Of a stretch of DNA of 48,419 nt, positions 45,708-48,419 are shown one piece after another; position 1 is the stretch's first letter, and each line of letters opens with the position of its first letter. The translations under genes were made by a program, and so were the position numbers. Under the pieces are notes generated by a model. The model had not been told where the DNA came from. It did not search any database and saw only the letters and a list, made by a program, of their open reading frames with translations. The stretch lies in the IMG/VR virus record IMGVR_UViG_3300048762_000430, positions 1 through 48,419 of that record. One strand, 5' to 3'. The DNA comes from a virus (lineage: Duplodnaviria; Caudoviricetes).

Positions 45708-47789
45708 CTACAACGCGCCTCCTGGAAGGGCCCCCGCCTCGGTGGCGTCCTCTTCCTGCTGTTCGCTCTCCTCTTCGCCACCCGTGGTTACCTGCAGCAT
45801 TTTCAGTTGGCTCACGCTCCGGCGCATCTCGGCCAACTGAGCGTCGAGCGAGCGCCCGGTCGCGCCCTGAGCTCGCCGGCGCAGGAGGGTGCGCACCGAG
45901 GGAATCCCCCGAGGCAAGTCGCCCTCGCTCGACTGCCCCAGCAGCCGCGCCTTGATCTGCCGGTCCCCGCCCCGCAACTCCGTTATGGCATGAACCGCCG
46001 CCATCAGGGTGTCGTTGTGGGCGTTGCCTCGCGGGTAGGCCTCCAACTCATCCAGGAAGGGCTGCATCACGAAGCGGGTGTTATAGTTGCGGCCGGAGTT
46101 GCCGCGGAAGGTATCGTTGGCGAAGGGAACCCACACCATCCCGGCCTGAATGAGATCCCGCAGGCGCTCGATCCGGTCCAGCTTGTCTTTCTTCGGGTCC
46201 GCGATTTGGACGGGGAAGCCCACCACATCCTGCAGCGTGCGCGCGAACAGCCGGTCCACGGCCACCGCCTCTACCAGCAGCTTGTCCGGGTTATACACGT
46301 GCACCCACTCGGACAGCATCTGCCCGATGTCCTTGGGATCGCGCATCCGGCGCCGCGCCTGGTTGAGCAGAATCCTCGCGTAGGTGGCCGGATCCATGCC
46401 CCACAGCTGCAGCACCGTGTAGTCCGGGTTCGCGCGCTCCAGCGTCGCCTCTTCCGTCGCCAGGTCCACCGAGATCACCAGGCGCAGGGCCGAGGGGCTG
46501 ATCCCCTGGCTCATGTACATCTCGTAGAGCGCCGTGTCGGGGCCCGGTATCCCGACGTCCAGCGGCCAGCGGGAGAGCAGCGGCCGCGGGCTGCCGTCGC
46601 TGAGCCGGATACCCCCATCCGCCTTCATGTCCTCCACCAGGGAGTGCGTGAACCACTTGCTCTCCGGGTCCTGGTGCTGCAACATCCGGGTGCGCGCGAA
46701 GGCGCCCTGGTCTTCGACGAAGTCCTCCACCAGCTTCTCGATGGACCAGAACTCCGGCCACAAGACCTCGCAGTCCCGAGGGACGATCACATTGTCCTTG
46801 CTGTACTCCTGGGCCGGGTCCTTACGCTGCGGCGGCCAGGTTCCCCGGAGGATGGCCGGGGTTTCCCGGTAGTCCCAGGTGCCCTTGGCCGTCGCGTCCG
46901 CCTTGATCCGGTCGAGCAGATCGCCTCCCCAGTGGGGCGTGCCGATGTAGACATAGAAGCGCCGATCCGCCGTCAGCCGACGCAGCAGCGTGCCGGTCAT
47001 CCACATCCACTGCTGTTCTCGGGCGTAGGGCGTCTTGGCGTTCTCGAAGGTGGCAATGTCATCGCCCAGCGCCCAGTCGTACCGCTCCCCCTCAATGTCG
47101 CCCTGGTAGCCGATAATCTCGACGGTGGGCGACGACCGGCTCAGCGGATGGTCGACCTCGATAGCGTCGGTCCGCCACACCCGAGAGGTCCCATCGTCCC
47201 GCACGCCCGAGGCATGTAGGTCCCCGTACACCCACCGATACCGCTCGTTGCGGGAGATATGGGACTTGTGCGCCGAGATGTACCGGTCGCCTACGTCCTT
47301 CGTCGAGGTAGCAATCAGCCCCGTCGTCGAAGGGTAGCCGCCGATCAGCCACAGCGGGAGCGCCTCACAGGTGCGGGCCGACTTGAAATGGCCGGTGGGC
47401 TCGGAACGTCCCAGGCGCCACACGTCGCTGTGCTCGGGTTGCTTCTCGCAGACCAGCAGCTCGTAGGGGACCGCCTTCTGCAGGTCGTAGAGGTAGGTAA
47501 TCCAGAAGTTGGGAGGTCCCTGAGGGTAAAGCTGCCGGAGCCTTTCCTCCGTGTACCCCATCTCCATCTTCGACTTGAACGGCATGTAGACGTGCCAGAA
47601 GAAGTAGGGCAACGAGACGATGACCCGGTACAAGAAGCGCTTGCTTTCTTTGTCCAGGCCGTGCCAGGCCTCCGCATCCCACTTCGCCGGCAGCAGGGCC
47701 CGGCCATACGACTCCAACCACGCCGCCGGAATGACCCCACGGTCCTCCTCATCCGGCACCAGAATACGTCCCTCGGTGTATGAAACCAT
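45708..47789 (-). CDS. terL: Terminase large subunit
   Basis: Walker A PTGHFKS, Walker B LGDD, GTPHW..DL, nuclease SVDLA, PDYTV and HNDTL; upstream of the portal. Confidence 0.92.
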   Translation of the reverse strand: MVSYTEGRILVPDEEDRGVIPAAWLESYGRALLPAKWDAEAWHGLDKESKRFLYRVIVSLPYFFWHVYMPFKSKMEMGYTEERLRQLYPQGPPNFWITYLYDLQKAVPYELLVCEKQPEHSDVWRLGRSEPTGHFKSARTCEALPLWLIGGYPSTTGLIATSTKDVGDRYISAHKSHISRNERYRWVYGDLHASGVRDDGTSRVWRTDAIEVDHPLSRSSPTVEIIGYQGDIEGERYDWALGDDIATFENAKTPYAREQQWMWMTGTLLRRLTADRRFYVYIGTPHWGGDLLDRIKADATAKGTWDYRETPAILRGTWPPQRKDPAQEYSKDNVIVPRDCEVLWPEFWSIEKLVEDFVEDQGAFARTRMLQHQDPESKWFTHSLVEDMKADGGIRLSDGSPRPLLSRWPLDVGIPGPDTALYEMYMSQGISPSALRLVISVDLATEEATLERANPDYTVLQLWGMDPATYARILLNQARRRMRDPKDIGQMLSEWVHVYNPDKLLVEAVAVDRLFARTLQDVVGFPVQIADPKKDKLDRIERLRDLIQAGMVWVPFANDTFRGNSGRNYNTRFVMQPFLDELEAYPRGNAHNDTLMAAVHAITELRGGDRQIKARLLGQSSEGDLPRGIPSVRTLLRRRAQGATGRSLDAQLAEMRRSVSQLKMLQVTTGGEEESEQQEEDATEAGALPGGAL

Positions 47790-47836
47790 GCCGCTGTATC
47801 AGACCAACTCCGCGCCAACTTGGCAATCGACCAGTT

Positions 47837-48419
47837 TCAGAAGAAGATGCCGGCCCATTTGCGCTTGAGCTGCTCGTAAGCAAGCGCCTCGGCCGCCTGG
47901 CGACCGTCACCGAGCAGCAGACCCGTGGAAGCGTTCCACCGCGTGTGTTCGGCCACGGCATGATCGCACAGCACCACGTCCAGGCCGGCATGTCTCAGTT
48001 GGTGGCACAGGTCGTGGTCCTGGTAGTACAACCGGAAGGCCGGATCGGGCCGCACCGCCCGGTTGCGCAGCGTCTGCCGAGGCACCCACAGGCAGGCCAG
48101 GTGCGCCCACCACAGGGCCGAGCAGCGCAGCGGCGCCTGCATGATGGGAGCGACCGCCTCCCCGCGCCGGTGCCCGCAGAAATCCAACGGCTCGTCGGTC
48201 ATCCCTCCGAAAGTCGAGATCACCGAGCCGCCCACTTCCGTATACAGCGGAGCGACCGCGCCGGCCCGCTCACCCCACCCGGCCACCGCCTCGCGAAAGG
48301 CCTCCACCGCTCCCGGGCGGACCACCACATCCGACTCCACGCTCAGCAGGGCTTCCGTCCTGCCCTCGTACGCGTCCTGCGCATACTCCCACACCCAAGC
48401 TAACCCGCCCCCCAGGTTC
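47837..48419 (-). CDS. Glycosyltransferase family 2-like (probably 5'-truncated by the window edge)
   Basis: LLSVESDVVV (DxD-like), GAVAP, ACLWV, DPAF.LYYQD.DLC..LR.AG..V....A.AEH. Confidence 0.8.
   Translation of the reverse strand, partial: NLGGGLAWVWEYAQDAYEGRTEALLSVESDVVVRPGAVEAFREAVAGWGERAGAVAPLYTEVGGSVISTFGGMTDEPLDFCGHRRGEAVAPIMQAPLRCSALWWAHLACLWVPRQTLRNRAVRPDPAFRLYYQDHDLCHQLRHAGLDVVLCDHAVAEHTRWNASTGLLLGDGRQAAEALAYEQLKRKWAGIFF

Noticed and set aside
43065-47219. 1384-aa plus-strand ORF
   Set aside because: Antisense shadow of terminase, portal and protease caused by GC-rich codon bias; no recognisable motifs.
597-47837. Genetic code 15 (TAG reassigned)
   Set aside because: Genes are full length under code 11 and TAG falls at natural protein ends.

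Overview
About 48 kb of a high-GC tailed-phage (Caudoviricetes, siphovirus-like) genome. All credible genes lie on the minus strand. No integrase, tail sheath, RNA gene or CRISPR array was recognised. In transcription order (right to left): partial GT2 glycosyltransferase, terminase large subunit, portal, protease-scaffold, major capsid, a small post-capsid protein, GT9 glycosyltransferase 1, head-tail joining genes, tail tube, tail chaperone with a GGGAAAC -1 frameshift site, gp10-like protein, tape measure, tail-tip proteins and a repetitive tail fibre. Next come GT9 glycosyltransferase 2, lysis genes interleaved with a nuclease, RecU and a methyltransferase, and a two-domain endolysin. The replication/recombination block holds UDG-PolA, SSB, a Walker-A-dead RecA, primase, split Rad50/SbcC with Mre11/SbcD, two tandem GroES genes, a second methyltransferase and a partial phosphoesterase. 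Three near-perfect sigma70 promoters and a strong terminator divide the window. The best candidate for a new system is a three-gene glycosylation set within the virion genes: one GT9 enzyme carries an N-terminal copy of a motif that also occurs in the small protein encoded right after the capsid gene. All product calls come from reading motifs by eye; no database search was run.
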